From positions 71,796,001 through 71,860,000 of the forward strand of contig OZ024746.1 in assembly GCA_964016885.1 (NCBI GenBank): a stretch of 64,000 nt of DNA, in the 5' to 3' direction. Below are positions 13,260 to 28,494 of the stretch, one piece after another; within the stretch, counting starts at the first letter, position 1; each line of letters begins with the position of its first letter. Source of the DNA: Eledone cirrhosa (taxonomy: Eukaryota). Below the pieces are notes generated by a model. The model ran no database searches and was not told the origin of the DNA. It saw only the letters and a program-made list of their open reading frames with translations. Both the position numbers and the translations under genes were made by a program.

Positions 13260-13263
<4 letters not shown>
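12652..13263 (+). mobile_element. Non-autonomous RTE-related element (about 600 bp)
   Basis: Highly similar inverted copy at 33947-34532. Its 3' part encodes [22 protein letters not shown] (C2H2 finger) and ends GGCAGCCACCAT-(AT)n, like the RTE end at 50101. Confidence 0.7.
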
Positions 13264-13299
<36 letters not shown>

Positions 13300-13390
13300 C
13301 GAAGGAAGTGTGGCAAGGAACCAGATATATATATAATTAGAATTTTACATATGTATATATATATGTGTATGTGTATGTATATGTGTGTAC

Positions 13391-13427
<37 letters not shown>

Positions 13428-14125
13428 CCCCCACCCCATATATGTGTGTGTGTGAGAGAGGAGACGGGCTAACGAAGAGTTGTCTACTAGTCTTTGTACC
13501 TTCAGGTTCTAATCCAATATATTACATATGTGTTGTGTGCATATATATGTATTTATACTTGGATTACACAGATTAATCGACAAATAATCGCTATCGGTTT
13601 TCTTTACTGACCAATCGCTTATTATTGTTTTAGAGCAAGAAAGCTTTGGGTAGAAGAAATTCGATTCAAGATGTAGAATTACATAAGAAATATATATGTT
13701 ATCTTTTAGGGTGCACAAACTAACCCGACTAATGTAATATCGTTCTATTCCTAGTGTTCGAACTCGTTGATCTAGACAACAGGAGATTGCCTAGGAGGTG
13801 TACAAGGATATGGGTTTAATTGATCTTTTAAAAAGGGAATTAATTTTGAAGTATAAACATTACGTAAAGATATTCAGAGGTTTTCCAGTAATGGTGGTTC
13901 CTGTTATTTAATCTTACTCGAGAAAAAACAAAATAAATAAATAATGAATAAATGAATAAAATGCAATGATCAAATTAAAGAACCGTAAAGAACCGTAAAG
14001 AACCGTAAATGGTAACGTACAAAAAACAAAATTTCTCCATTTTCAGAGCATGACTGATTTCTTGCATGCTCGTATATGATGTCACATCTTATGGTAGACT
14101 CAGGCAGCGTAATAGTCGCTCCTAT

Positions 14126-14175
14126 TCTTGTCAGATGACCCTGTGATAAAAAGGCGAAACTCTAGGGTAACAAGA
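14126..14175 (+). ncRNA. Degenerate type I hammerhead motif
   Basis: TCTTGT-CAGATGA-cCCT..AGGc-GAAAC tctagg GTA-ACAAGA: perfect 6-bp stem I, one core substitution, mismatched stem II closing pair. Confidence 0.6.
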
Positions 14176-14486
14176 CTAAAAAAAAACACACGAAACTTTT
14201 AGGTTTCACTTCACAAAGATAAGATTGTGTAAAATAGAACAAAGAAGAGACACAAAGTAACAACAAAAGTAATCACTGTGGAGGTCACAGAATATGTGAT
14301 GAAAGAAGTTTTACAATCAACATATAAACAATCTTACGGTTATTAAACTAACCGCCAGGGAAATTATAATAATAAATTGAAGTGAAAACCAACAGGTGCG
14401 TGTATTTTTATTGGCAGTATGATCCCCACAAAATATAACAATATCTGTTTTAACACATGTTTTCAGATAATAAAATCTTGCGAAAC

Positions 14487-14541
<55 letters not shown>

Positions 14542-14543
<2 letters not shown>

Positions 14544-15490
14544 AGGGCGGGTAAAATTCCCGAGATCCATGGACGAGTTCTCTCCAGCGGTCCCTCATTA
14601 TCGCTGCCATGTCCTGCGTCTCCAACAGACCAGTGTCTGTCCTTAGGGCATCAACATACGTTAACCTTGGTCTTCCTCTTCCAGTGTGTCCATGTAGGGG
14701 CTCCCACAGGAGTACTGAGTGCAATGTCAACTCTGGATGTCGGTGAGCATGTCCAGCTAACCTCAGTCTCCTCTGTGTCACTTTTGAGCTGACTTTTGGG
14801 AGGCTCCCATAGAGCTCTGAGTTTTTCATCCTCAGTGTATACTGATTAATGTCCAGAGCCATCCTCAGAATTCTCGTGTAGCACCCATCCACCAACTGAG
14901 TGAGTTTCTTGGTCAGTGTCCAAGTCTCAGACCCGTACAGCAGCACAGACTCCACTACAGCAATGAAGAGGCGGATTTTCAGGTCTTTACGAAAGTCCGA
15001 CTTCCACACCGATCTCAAGCTGTGGCACGCCGCCCAGGCTTTGCTCTTCCTCTTAACCACATCATCTTCCGTATTCCCAATCTTTTCTCCCAAATGCAGG
15101 AAGCCCTCAACCAATTCTAACGGCTTCCCGCCTACATTAGTGATCCCCTCTGGCTTCTCAACATTCTCTACCAGATATTTTGTTTTAGTCTCATTCATTC
15201 TCAGCCCCACACTCATCGACACAGTCTCAACCTCCAACATCAAATCCTCTGCCCCCTTTACTGTATTTGTCACCTAAACTATGTCGTCAGCAAATTCAGC
15301 ATCTGATACCTTTTTCGCCTTAACTCTCCTGCTCTGAGCCGGTGGTACAGTAAAGCCAGAGTTCTGGTGTTTCTCCAGTGCAAGGCGCATACAATAGTCC
15401 ACTACGATGATAAAAAGGTAGGGTGCCAATGTATCTCCCTGGAACACTCCAGCCAGTATCTCAAAGAACTCTGTCATACCATCAGGTGCC
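14542..15490 (-). mobile_element. RTE-clade LINE 3' segment (RT C-terminal half to element end)
   Basis: PDGMTEFFEILAGVFQGDTLAPYLF...FADDIV*...LLYGSETWTLT...LRLAGH...GRGRPRLTYVD...WR; one in-frame stop at about 15274. Confidence 0.93.
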
Positions 15491-15803
15491 AAAAAAGGGA
15501 GATCTCTCTAACACCAACAACTACAGGGGGATCTCACTGACGTCACTTGTGGCAAAGACCCTCAACAGGATGATTCTTAACAGGATCCAACCTGAGATGG
15601 AGAAGAAGCTTAGGGACAACCAGAACGGCTTCTGAGAGGGAAGATCAACTACCAGTCACATCCTGAGGCTGAGGAGGATATTAGAGGAAGCTAGAGCAGA
15701 GTGCCTTCCTGCGGTCATGGTTTTCATTGACTTTAGGAAGGCCTTTGATTCTGTGGAGCGTCACTGCCTGATGAAGATCTCACAGGCTTATGGAATCCCA
15801 AGA

Positions 15804-15806
<3 letters not shown>
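15486..15806 (+). mobile_element. Inverted 5' segment of the same RTE element (RT N-terminal half)
   Basis: VPKKGDLSNTNNYRGISLTS...QNGF*EGRST...FIDFRKAFDSV...AYGIPRR, followed by (TA)n. Confidence 0.92.
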
Positions 15807-15858
<52 letters not shown>

Positions 15859-15869
15859 TACATGTATAT

Positions 15870-16103
15870 ATTGCACTTAGAAAGTCCCACATCGAGGCAC
15901 AAAACCGGGCAAAGTGGTCCATGTAGACCAGACTCCCGTCTTGGCCTAGAGAAAGGCTAAGTCCGATACAGTTTAGCATCAGTGGGATCCTGCTGAGTGC
16001 ATCGGTGCAACATGAAATAAAGGACAGATGGCACCACTCGGTCCGTGAATGGAACTCACAACGTAACGATTGTGATCCCAAGACTCTAACCACTAAGCCA
16101 CGC
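15870..16103 (-). mobile_element. Diverged tRNA-derived SINE
   Basis: Minus strand starts GCGTGGCTTAGTGGTTAGAGT (A box) and has a degenerate B box GAGTTCCATTC. Confidence 0.6.
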
Positions 16104-16142
<39 letters not shown>

Positions 16143-16160
16143 ATGTGTGTGTGTAAGATA

Positions 16161-16261
<101 letters not shown>

Positions 16262-16476
16262 TACATATATATACAGAGAAAGTAAGAGAGAAATAGGTAA
16301 GAAGTGGTACTTAGTGAGGACATTAAGATAAGATAGATGAGGAGCGGTATGAGTGGAATAGAAGCTACACCTGGATGACACACTATAGTAACCAGGTCAG
16401 CTTTGGTCAGTAAAGATAAAGAGTGGCTTTATATATGGAGGTGGGAGAGATGGCGGTGGGCGGGGTGATGACGGTG

Positions 16477-16537
<61 letters not shown>

Positions 16538-16561
16538 ATATATATATATATATATATATAA

Positions 16562-16603
<42 letters not shown>

Positions 16604-16656
16604 ATATTTATATATACATTTATATATATATTTATATATATATATATATATTTATT

Positions 16657-16690
<34 letters not shown>

Positions 16691-16763
16691 TATTTATATT
16701 ATATTATATATATTTATATTATATATATATATATTTATATTATATATATATATATTATATATA

Positions 16764-16797
<34 letters not shown>

Positions 16798-16949
16798 GCG
16801 CGCGCGGCCCCTCACCCTCACACATCAATACACACAGGCGCGCACTCAAAGGTACACAAGTGGGTAAAATGGCCGTTAAAGAGGTAGGGTTGTATGGTGA
16901 TGAGTGTGGGTGGGTAGGTGAGTGCGTTTATGAAGTACGTGTGCCTGTA

Positions 16950-17790
16950 TGGCTGACTGGCTGGGTGGCTGGATGGCTGGGTGGCTGGGTGGCTGGATGG
17001 CTGGGTGGCTGGGTGGCTGGGTGGCTGGGTGGCTGGGTGGCTGGGTGGCTGGGTGGCTGGGTGGCCGAACTGGTGTTGTGGTGTTGGTGTTGGTGATGGT
17101 GGTGGTGGTGGTGGTGGTGGTGGTGTTGGTATTGGTGTTGGTGTTGGTGTTGGTGGTGGTGTTGGTGATGGTGTTGGTGTTGGTGATGGTTGTGTTCGTG
17201 GTGCTGGTGCTGATGGTGGTAGGTATGATACTGGTGGTGGTGGTGGTGGCGTTGGTGGTGGTGGTGGTGGCGTTGGTGGTGGTGGTGGTGGCGTTGGTGG
17301 TGCTGGTGCTGATGGTGGTAGGTATGATACTGGTGGTGGTGGTGGTGGCGTTGGTGGTGGTGGTGCTGGCGTTGGTGGTGCTGGTGCTGATGGTGGTAGG
17401 TATGATACTGGTGGTGGTGGTGGCGGAGTTAGTGGTGGCGGTGGCGGTGGTGGTGGTGGTGGTGGTGGTAAGGAGGGTACTAGTGGTGGTGGTGTGGCAG
17501 CGGCGGTGAGTGCTGTTTGGTGTTGGTGATGGCTGTGGTGGTGGTGGTGTATGTGATGGTGGTGGTGGTGCTGCTGGTGGTTGTGGGGGTGGTGGGGTGG
17601 GGGTGTTTGCGGTGGTGGTGGCGGCGTCATTGTTGGTGGTGGTGGTGGTGGTAGTGGTGGTTGGGGTTGTGGTGGTGGTGGTGGTGATGATGTTGGCGCT
17701 GGTGGTGGTAGTGAACTGGGTTGGTGGGGATGTGACAGTGGCAGCGGTGGTGGTGGTGGTGGTGGTGGTGGTAGTGGTGGTAGTGGTGTT
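16950..17790. repeat. (TGGCTGGG)n 8-mer array followed by (GGT)n-rich compound repeat
   Basis: Direct reading; GCTGATGGTGGTAGGTATGATACT recurs three times. Confidence 0.95.
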
Positions 17791-19212
17791 TAGTTTGGTC
17801 AATTGTAGTAGTTAGCTAGTAAGTAGGTGGGTTGTGGTGGTGTTGATAAAGCACCCTTCCCAGTGGCTGCCAAGAGCGTGTGCCACTATTTCAGTTCTGG
17901 TTACGATGTTATGCTTGGATGGTTATGGCACGTGGGTGAGAGTGGCGACACCCCTCCCACTCCACTACATCACACAGGTTCTCTTTCTCTCTCTCTCACA
18001 CACACATACATACACACATGCACACACACACACACACATGCACACACACACACATGCACACACACACACACATGTACACACACACACACACACACATGCA
18101 CACACACACACACGCACACACACACACATGCACACACACACATACACATGCACACACACACAATGCACACACACACACATGCATACACACACACACATAC
18201 ATGCTCTCTTATACATACGCACGCTTTCTCCCACATACACACGCACGCACACATACACACATACTCCCTCCCTCTCTCTCCCTCTCTACCACTCTCTATC
18301 TCTCTCTCTCTCTCTGAATCTCTCTCTCCCTCTCTCTCTATCTCTCTCTACCTCTCTCCCTCTCTCTCACTCTCTATCTATCTCTCTCTCTCTCTCTCTC
18401 TCTCTTTGACTCTCTCTCTCTCTCTCCTTCTCATACAATAACCCTTTCCACGCCACTATAATCAAAGAAGATCACTCTCACACATACACACGCTCTTGCA
18501 TACTCGCAGTAACCATTCCTCAGCACTATATACACACACACGCTCTCTTACATATACACACACGTTCCCTATTATTTACACAAGGTCACACATACACACA
18601 GTCGCCATTCTTTGCCACAAAGCACACGTTATCTCACAATCAAACACACACAAACAGTCATACATACACACACAAAGTCCTTGAAACTATTTTCACCTAT
18701 TTTATCTTATCTCTCCCCCTCCTCTTTCATGTCCCCATTGAAGTTAATAAGGTTTTTTTTTTTTCTAAAAATTAGTTTTGAATATTCCAAAGCGACATCC
18801 ACCATTACACACGTCAACAAACCACTACCGCCAGCACCATCACCACCGCCACCACCACCACTAATACCGTGACCACCATTGCTCACCCGTGCCATTACAA
18901 CCACCACCACCCGCACGGACACACATCAAACACTAACACCATCAACACTACCAATACCATCACCACTATTACCACAACCACCACCATCGCCACCACTATC
19001 ATCAGTATCACCATCACCATAACTACAACCATCACACCATCACTACCGCCACCAATATTACTACCACTACTACCCACGCGAACCCCCACTACCATCAATA
19101 CCTACCCCACTGAATCCACCACCCCCACCACCAATACTATCATCACTATTATACACGTCAATAACACTGCCAACACCACATTTATTTCCACAATTAATAC
19201 CTCCATCAAAAG

Positions 19213-22200
19213 TCACCACCACCACCACCATACCAACAACACTATATCACCACCACCACCATACCAACAGCACCATATCACCACCACCACCACCATACCA
19301 ACAGCACCATATCACCACCACCACCACCATACCAACAACACTATATCACCACCACCACCACCATACCAACAGCACCATATCACCACCACCACCACCATAC
19401 CAACAGCACCATATCACCAACAACACCATACCAACAGCACCATATCACCACCACCACCATACCAACAGCACCATATCACCACCACCACCACCATACCAAC
19501 AGCACCATATCACCACCACCACCACCATACCAACAACACTATATCACCACCACCACCACCATACCAACAGCACCATATCACCACCACCACCACCATACCA
19601 ACAGCACCATATCACCACCACCACCACCATACCAACAGCACCATATCACCACCACCACCACCATACCAACAGCACCATATCACCACCACCACCACCATAC
19701 CAACAGCACCATATCACCACCACCACCATACCAACAGCACCATATCACCACCACCACCATACCAACAGCACCATATCACCACCACCACCATACCAACAGC
19801 ACCATATCACCACCACCACCACCATACCAACAACACTATATCACCACCACCACCACCATACCAACAGCACCATATCACCAACAACACCATACCAACAACA
19901 CTATATCACCACCACCACCACCATACCAACAGCACCATATCACCACCACCACCACCATACCAACAACACTATATCACCACCACCACCACCATACCAACAG
20001 CACCATATCACCAACAACACCATACCAACAACACCATATCAGAACCACCACCACCATACCAACAACACTATATCACCACCACCACCACCATACCAACAGC
20101 ACCATATCACCAACAACACCATACCAACAACACCATATCACCAACAACACCATACCAACAACACCATATCACCACCACCACCACCATACCAACAACACTA
20201 TATCACCACCACCACCACCATACCAACAGCACCATATCACCAACAACACCATACCAACAACACTATATCACCAACAACACCATACCAACAGCACCATATC
20301 ACCAACAACACCATACCAACAACACTATATCACCAACAACACCATACCAACAACACTATATCACCACCACCACCACCATACCAACAGCACCATATCACCA
20401 CCACCACCACCATACCAACAACACCATATCACCACCACCACCACCATACCAACAACACTATATCACCACCACCACCACCATACCAACAGCACCATATCAC
20501 CAACAACACCATACCAACAACACTATATCACCAACAACACCATACCAACAGCACCATATCACCAACAACACCATACCAACAGCACCATATCACCAACAAC
20601 ACCATACCAACAACACTATATCACCACCACCACCACCATACCAACAGCACCATATCACCACCACCACCACCATACCAACAACACCATATCACCACCACCA
20701 CCACCATACCAACAACACTATATCACCACCACCACCACCATACCAACAGCACCATATCACCAACAACACCATACCAACAACACTATATCACCAACAACAC
20801 CATACCAACAACACCATATCACCACCACCACCACCATACCAACAACACCATATCACCAACAACACCATACCAACAACACTATATCACCAACAACACCATA
20901 CCAACAACACCATATCACCACCACCACCATACCAACAACACTATATCACCACCACCACCATACCAACAACACTATATCACCAACAACACCATACCAACAA
21001 CACCATATCACCACCACCACCATACCAACAACACTATATCACCACCACCACCACCATACCAACAACACTATATCACCAACAACACCATACCAACAACACC
21101 ATATCACCACCACCACCATACCAACAACACTATATCACCACCACCACCACCATACCAACAACACTATATCACCAACAACACCATACCAACAACACCATAT
21201 CACCACCACCACCATACCAACAACACTATATCACCACCACCACCACCATACCAACAACACTATATCACCAACAACACCATACCAACAACACCATATCACC
21301 ACCACCACCATACCAACAACACTATATCACCACCACCACCATCATACCAACAACACTATATCACCAACAACACCATACCAACAACACCATATCACCACCA
21401 CCACCATACCAACAACACTATATCACCACCACCACCATACCAACAACACTATATCACCACCACCACCATCATACCAACAACACTATATCACCAACAACAC
21501 CATACCAACAACACCATATCTCCACCACCACCATACCAACAACACCATATCACCACCACCACCATACCAACAACACTATATCACCACCACCACCATACCA
21601 ACAACACTATATCACCACCACCATCATACCAACAACACTATATCACCAACAACACCATACCAACAACACCATATCACCACCACCACCACCATACCAACAA
21701 CACTATATCACCACCACCACCATACCAACAACACCATATCACCACCACCACCATACCAACAACACTATATCACTACCACCACCATACCAACAACACCATA
21801 TCACCACCATACCAACAACACTATATCACCACCACCACCATACCAACAACACTATATCACCACCACCACCATACCAACAACACCATATCACTACCACCAC
21901 CATACCAACAACACTATATCACCACCACCACCATACCAACAACACTATATCACTACCACCACCATACCAACAACACCATACCACCACCACCACCATACCA
22001 ACAACACTATATCACTACCACCACCATACCAACAACACCATACCACCACCACCACCATACCAACAACACTATATCACCACCACCACCATACCAACAACAC
22101 TATATCACTACCACCACCATACCAACAACACCATACCACCACCACCACCATACCAACAACACTATATCACCACCACCACCATACCAACAACACTATATCA

Positions 22201-24700
22201 CCACCACCACCATACCAACAACACCATACCACCACCACCACCATACCAACAACACTATATCACCACCACCACCATACCAACAACACTATATCACTACCAC
22301 CACCATACCAACAACACCATACGACCACCACCACCATACCAACAACACTATATCACCACCACCACCATACCAACAACACTATATCACCACCACCACCATA
22401 CCAACAACACCATACCACCACCACCACCATACCAACAACACTATATCACCACCACCACCATACCAACAACACTATATCACTACCACCACCATACCAACAA
22501 CACCATACCACCACCACCACCATACCAACAACACTATATCACCACCACCACCATACCAACAACACTATATCACCACCACCACCATACCAACAACACTATA
22601 TCACTACCACCACCATACCAACAACACCATACCACCACCACCACCATACCAACAACACTATATCACCACCACCACCATACCAACAACACTATATCACCAC
22701 CACCACCATACCAACAACACCATACCACCACCACCACCATACCAACAACACCATATCACCACCACCACCATACCAACAACACCATATCACCACCACCACC
22801 ATACCAACAACACCATACCACCGCCACCACCATACCAACAACACTATATCACTACCACCACCATACCAACAACACTATATCACCACCACCACCATACCAA
22901 CAACACTATATCACTACCACCACCATACCAACAACACTATATCACCACCACCACCATACCAACAACACCATACCACCGCCACCACCATACCAACAACACT
23001 ATATCACCACCACCACCATACCAACAACACCATACCACCGCCACCACCATACCAACAACACTATATCACCACCACCACCATACCAACAACACTATATCAC
23101 CACCACCACCATACCAACAACACTATATCACCAACAACACCATACCAACAACACCATATCACCACCACCACCACCATACCAACAACACTATATCACCACC
23201 ACCACCATACCAACAACACCATATCACCACCATATCACCACTATACCACCGCCACCACCATACCAACAACACTATATCACCACCACCACCATACCAACAA
23301 CACTATATCACCACTATACCACCACCACCACCATACCAACAACACTATATCACCACCACCACCATACCAACAACACTATATCACCACCACCACCATACCA
23401 ACAACACTATATCACCACCACCACCATAACAACAACACCATATCACCGCCACCACCATAACAACAACACCATATCACCGCCACCACCATACCAACAACAC
23501 TATATCACCACCACCACCATAACAACAACACCATATCACCACCACCACCATACCAACAACACCATATCACCGCCACCACCATACCAACAACACCATATCA
23601 CCACCACCACCATACCAACAACACTATACCACCACCACCACCATACCAACAACACCATACCACCGCCACCACCATAACAACAACACCATATCACCGCCAC
23701 CACCATACCAACAACACCATACCACCGCCACCACCATACCAACAACACCATACCACCGCCACCACCATACCAACAACACCATACCACCGCCACAACCATA
23801 CCAACAACACTATACCACCACCACCACCATAACAACAACACCATATCACCACCACCACCATACCAACAACACTATATCACCGCCACCACCATACCAACAA
23901 CACCATACCACCGCCACCACCATACCAACAACACTATATCACCACCACCACCATACCAACAACACTATACCACCACCACCACCATAACAACAACACCATA
24001 TCACCACCACCACCATACCAACAACACCATATCACCGCCACCACCATACCAACAACACCATACCACCGCCACCACCATACCAACAACACCATACCACCGC
24101 CACAACCATACCAACAACACCATATCACCACCACCACCATACCAACAACACTATATCACCACCACCACCATACCAACAACACTATATCACCACCACCACC
24201 ATACCAACAACACTATATCACCACCACCACCATACCAACAACACTATATCACCACCACCACCATACCAACAACACTATATCACCGCCATACCAACAACAC
24301 TATATCACCACCATACCAACAACACTATATCACCACCATACCAACAACACTATATCACCACCATACCAACAACACTATATCACCACCACCACCATACCAA
24401 CAACACCATATCACCACCATACCAACAACACTATATCACCACCACCACCATACCAACAACACTATATCACCACCACCACCATACCAACAACACCATATCA
24501 CCACCACCACCATACCAACAACACCATACCACCGCCACCACCATACCAACAACACTATATCACCACCACCACCATACCAACAACACCATATCACTACCAC
24601 CACCATACCAACAACACTATATCACCGCCACCACCATACCAACAACACCATACCACCGCCACCACCATACCAACAACGCCATACCACCGCCACCACCACT
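19213..24700. repeat. 5.5-kb minisatellite, unit mostly 31-34 bp: (CAC)n-CATACCAACA(A/G)CAC(C/T)ATAT
   Basis: Direct tandem periodicity; explains the 1602-aa ORF. Confidence 0.97.
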
Positions 24701-25039
24701 ATGCGTTCTGAGTTCAAATCCCCGCAAGATCAACTTTGTCTTTTATCTTTTCAGTGTTGATAGAATAATGAACTAGGAACAGTTGACTGGCGGAATTGGT
24801 AGAGCGTCGGATTGAAAGCTTTGCGTTATTTGTTATTCCAGTTCTTCGTATTCTGAGTTCAAATACATTGGTGGTACAGTTAATCCATCTTATAGTTAAC
24901 ACCCACCTCCCGGCTTTTGGTGACCTTTAACAGATGTCTTTCTGTTACAAGTATTTTGCCATGTTTCAGGATTAGGGATACTTTCCTTCCTCTCCCCCCT
25001 TCTCACCAGACTCACATGTCCAGAAAAACAGGCAAAAAG

Positions 25040-25211
25040 TGTCGGTAGAAGGTCGGACGCCATGCTTTCCAGCATAGTTACGTCCCTTTATGGTCTGAGT
25101 TCAAATCCCGCCGAGGTTAACTTTGCCTTTCATCCTTACGGGGTCGATAAAATAAAGTACCAGTAATGCACTGGGTAATTGCTGGCCTTGTGCCAAAAGT
25201 AGAAACAATTA
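25040..25211 (+). mobile_element. tRNA-derived SINE
   Basis: Near-consensus copy of the main SINE. Confidence 0.9.
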
Positions 25212-25563
25212 TTTGACTAAAGAGTAAAATGCAACTAAAGTCACCATCATCACCACTATCACCACCATCACCATCTCCACCATCACCACTAACAATGCCA
25301 GCATCCATACCATCACCACCATCACCATCTCCAACATTACCACTAACAACATTACCCCCATCACCATCAACACCATTACCACTAACAATGCCAGCATCCA
25401 TACCATCACCACCATCACCATCTCCAACATTACCACTAACAACATTACCCCCATCACCATCAACACAAGCACCAACAGTACTATCGTCACCATCATCACG
25501 CTAATAACACTAACGTCAATTCAACCATGATGGTGTACGAACCAACGACTGCAGCCCCTACAT

Positions 25564-25727
25564 CAGTCACGGGCAATCTGCGGCCCACGAGCCGCATGCG
25601 GCCCGTTCGGCTTTCTGAATGCCACGCCTAATTCCAAAATTGCCTTGAATTTATTAGTAGTGTGGCCCGCCATATGATAAGCCACATCTTATGCAGCCCA
25701 CTACTCGAAAATGGTTGCCCATGCCTG
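25564..25727. mobile_element. hAT (Charlie-like) MITE
   Basis: Imperfect TIRs CAGTCACGGGCAA / TTGCCCATGCCTG, subterminal GCGGCCC repeats, and an 8-bp TSD CCCTACAT / CTCTACAT (7/8 match, central TA). Confidence 0.8.
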
Positions 25728-25962
25728 CTCTACATGATTGCTCGCCCTACTAGAAACAGCAGACAAATCTCTTTCAAATCACACCGCATGACATACATGC
25801 ATGCATACATACATACATGCATACATTCATTCATACATACATACATACATACATATATACATGATGACTGTCCCCTCACATACATACATTCTGACAGACA
25901 GACAGACAAATCGATAGATAGATACATACATACATACATACATACATACATACATACATACA

Positions 25963-25998
<36 letters not shown>

Positions 25999-26063
25999 CA
26001 CATATATATATATATAGATCGATAAATGGATAGATAGATAGATAGATAGATAGATGGATAGAT

Positions 26064-26446
26064 ATGTTTCTTTATTAGCCACAGGGGCACAAAAGAAGGG
26101 GACAAATACAAAGGGGGAAGTTTACATACAATAAAAACGTGTAAAATGTTATCACAAATGCAATTTAAAAAATTAGTCGATTTCCCCCAATAGGGGGAGA
26201 CAGTTCATATGGGTAACACATACCCCGGAAAAAATGTGCAACCCTCTTCTCCAGGAGTACGAAGAGTTTGTACTCCTTTCCTCTCTTCTTCCTTTTCCTC
26301 AACCTACAGGCTGATATAGAGAGAAGGCCTATTCACTCGGGCCATTCTCGCCACTTTCACCCACCTTTCATAAAACTTGCTGGGGTACAGCACCTCTCTC
26401 TCCATCCTGATTCTTCTTCCAAAGTGGTATTTGAAAAAAAGAATCA
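26064..26446 (-). mobile_element. 5'-truncated Tx1-like element in (GATA)n
   Basis: Encodes YHFGRRIRMEREVLYPSKFYERWVKVARMARVNRPSLYISL*, nearly identical to the ORF2 C-terminus at 53092, then a 3' UTR with AATAAA. GATA repeats on both sides. Confidence 0.93.
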
Positions 26447-26553
26447 GATAGATGGATAGATAGATAGATAGATAGGGGGTAGATAGATAGATAGATAGAT
26501 AGATAGGGGAGGGTAGACTGATAGATAGATAGATAGGGGGGTAGATAGATAGA

Positions 26554-26696
26554 TCACATGACAGAGGATAGACAGAGCAGAACACATGAAAACGCAACGT
26601 TTGATGTGCCATGCGACACTTCCTTAGGCGAGCTCTTCAGAATGGGCCGTTTGCTGGCACACGTGGGCGTCTTATACAGTATTCTCGGTATTTCAG
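26554..26696 (-). CDS. Possible terminal exon of an unidentified host gene
   Basis: Acceptor-like TTCTTTAATTACAG| then EIPRILYKTPTCASKRPILKSSPKEVSHGTSNVAFSCVLLCLSSVM*; a unique-sequence island among repeats. Confidence 0.3.
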
Positions 26697-27182
26697 CTGT
26701 AATTAAAGAAGTATCAATGGCTAGTAGCACCCACATCACCAATACCACCACCAACACCACCACCATCACCATCAACAACAACGACATCACCACCACCATC
26801 ACCAACAACAACAACACCTCTAACAACGACATCATCACCAACAACAACAACAACAACAACAACACCTCTAACAACAGCACGACCACTACAACTACCACCG
26901 ACAACAATACCCCCCAGCAACACCGCCACTACCACCAATACCACCTTCTCCAACAATACCACCACCAATACCACCCTACCACCAGCTCAAGCAATACCAT
27001 CACAACAATACCTCCAACGACGCCGCCGCCACAACCAATACCACCAACACCACCTCCGATAGCCCCTCCCCTCCCTCTCTAAAAAAAACCACCAACACCA
27101 CTACTCACAAAGAGCCCCACCCTCACCTTCAATTCACCACACACATACGGCAACCCCTACTCATACTGCTACCATTATCTGT

Positions 27183-28174
27183 ACACAACCACCACCACCA
27201 CCACCACCACCACCACCACCACCACCACCACCACCACCACCACAACCACCACCACCACCACCACCACCACCACCACCACCACCACAACCACCACCACCAC
27301 CACCACCACCACCACCACCACCACCACCACCACCACCACCACCACCACCACCACCACCACCACCACAACCACCACCACCACCACCACCACCACCACCACC
27401 ACCACCACCACCACCACCACCACCACCACCACCACCACAACCACCACCACAACCATCACCACCACCACCACCACAACCACCACCACCACCACCACCACCA
27501 CCACCACCACAACCACCACCACCACCAGTACCTACGCCGCCAAAAATAAAACCACTACTACTACAACCAACAATGCTACCACCTCCTGTACACCCACCGC
27601 CAGTACCAACACCACTAGTACTACCACCACCACCACCACCACCACCACTACTACTACCACCACCACCACCACTAGTACAACCACCACCACTATCATCACC
27701 ACCAGAATTACTACCACCAGTACCTCCACCGCCAAAACTAAAACGACCACTACTACAATCTCCAATACTACCACCATCATTAATTCCGCCACCACCAATA
27801 TCCCCACAGCCAGTACCAACACCAATAGTACTACCACCGCCAGTGCTACAACCACCACTACCACCACCACCACCACCACCACCACCACCACCACCACCGC
27901 CACCACTACGTATCCACCGATTCACAGTATTAAATGTTATCTACACACAACCTCCACCAGTACTACTGCCACTACAAGTACCACCACCACCAGGACCTCA
28001 TATCAGTTACCCATACTACCACCAGTACCACCACCAACAGCACATATCCACTTACCCACACCACCACCAGTACCCCCCGCCCCCCCCCTCATTGATCCGC
28101 ATCTACGTCGACAAGACTCTATTCACCACAAGACAAACACTAACAACACCACCACCAATAACAACAGCAGCAAC

Positions 28175-28206
<32 letters not shown>

Positions 28207-28225
28207 CAACAGCAACAACACCACC

Positions 28226-28259
<34 letters not shown>

Positions 28260-28490
28260 CCACCACCAACAACAACTACAACATCAACAAAACCACTGCG
28301 ACAAACAACACCAACAACACCACTAATCCTAGCACCATTTAAGCAATAAACACCAACAACAGTTACAATGGCACCAACATCAAAGCATCGCCAGACAAGC
28401 ACAACAACAACAATAACAACAGTAGTAACAACAACAAAAACTAACAATAACAACAACAGCAATAGCCGTAATAAGAATATTAATAAAACA
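27183..28490. repeat. (CCA)n / (CAA)n microsatellite complex
   Basis: Direct reading. Confidence 0.95.
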
Positions 28491-28494
28491 ATAA

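Noticed and set aside
16818-17815. Pro-rich or Gly-rich cuticle- or extensin-like ORFs
   Set aside because: GGT microsatellite open in most frames; no evidence of exon structure.
18869-23677. 1602-aa His/Thr/Pro-rich ORF
   Set aside because: Translation of a minisatellite whose strand lacks stop codons through composition; no real start or domain.
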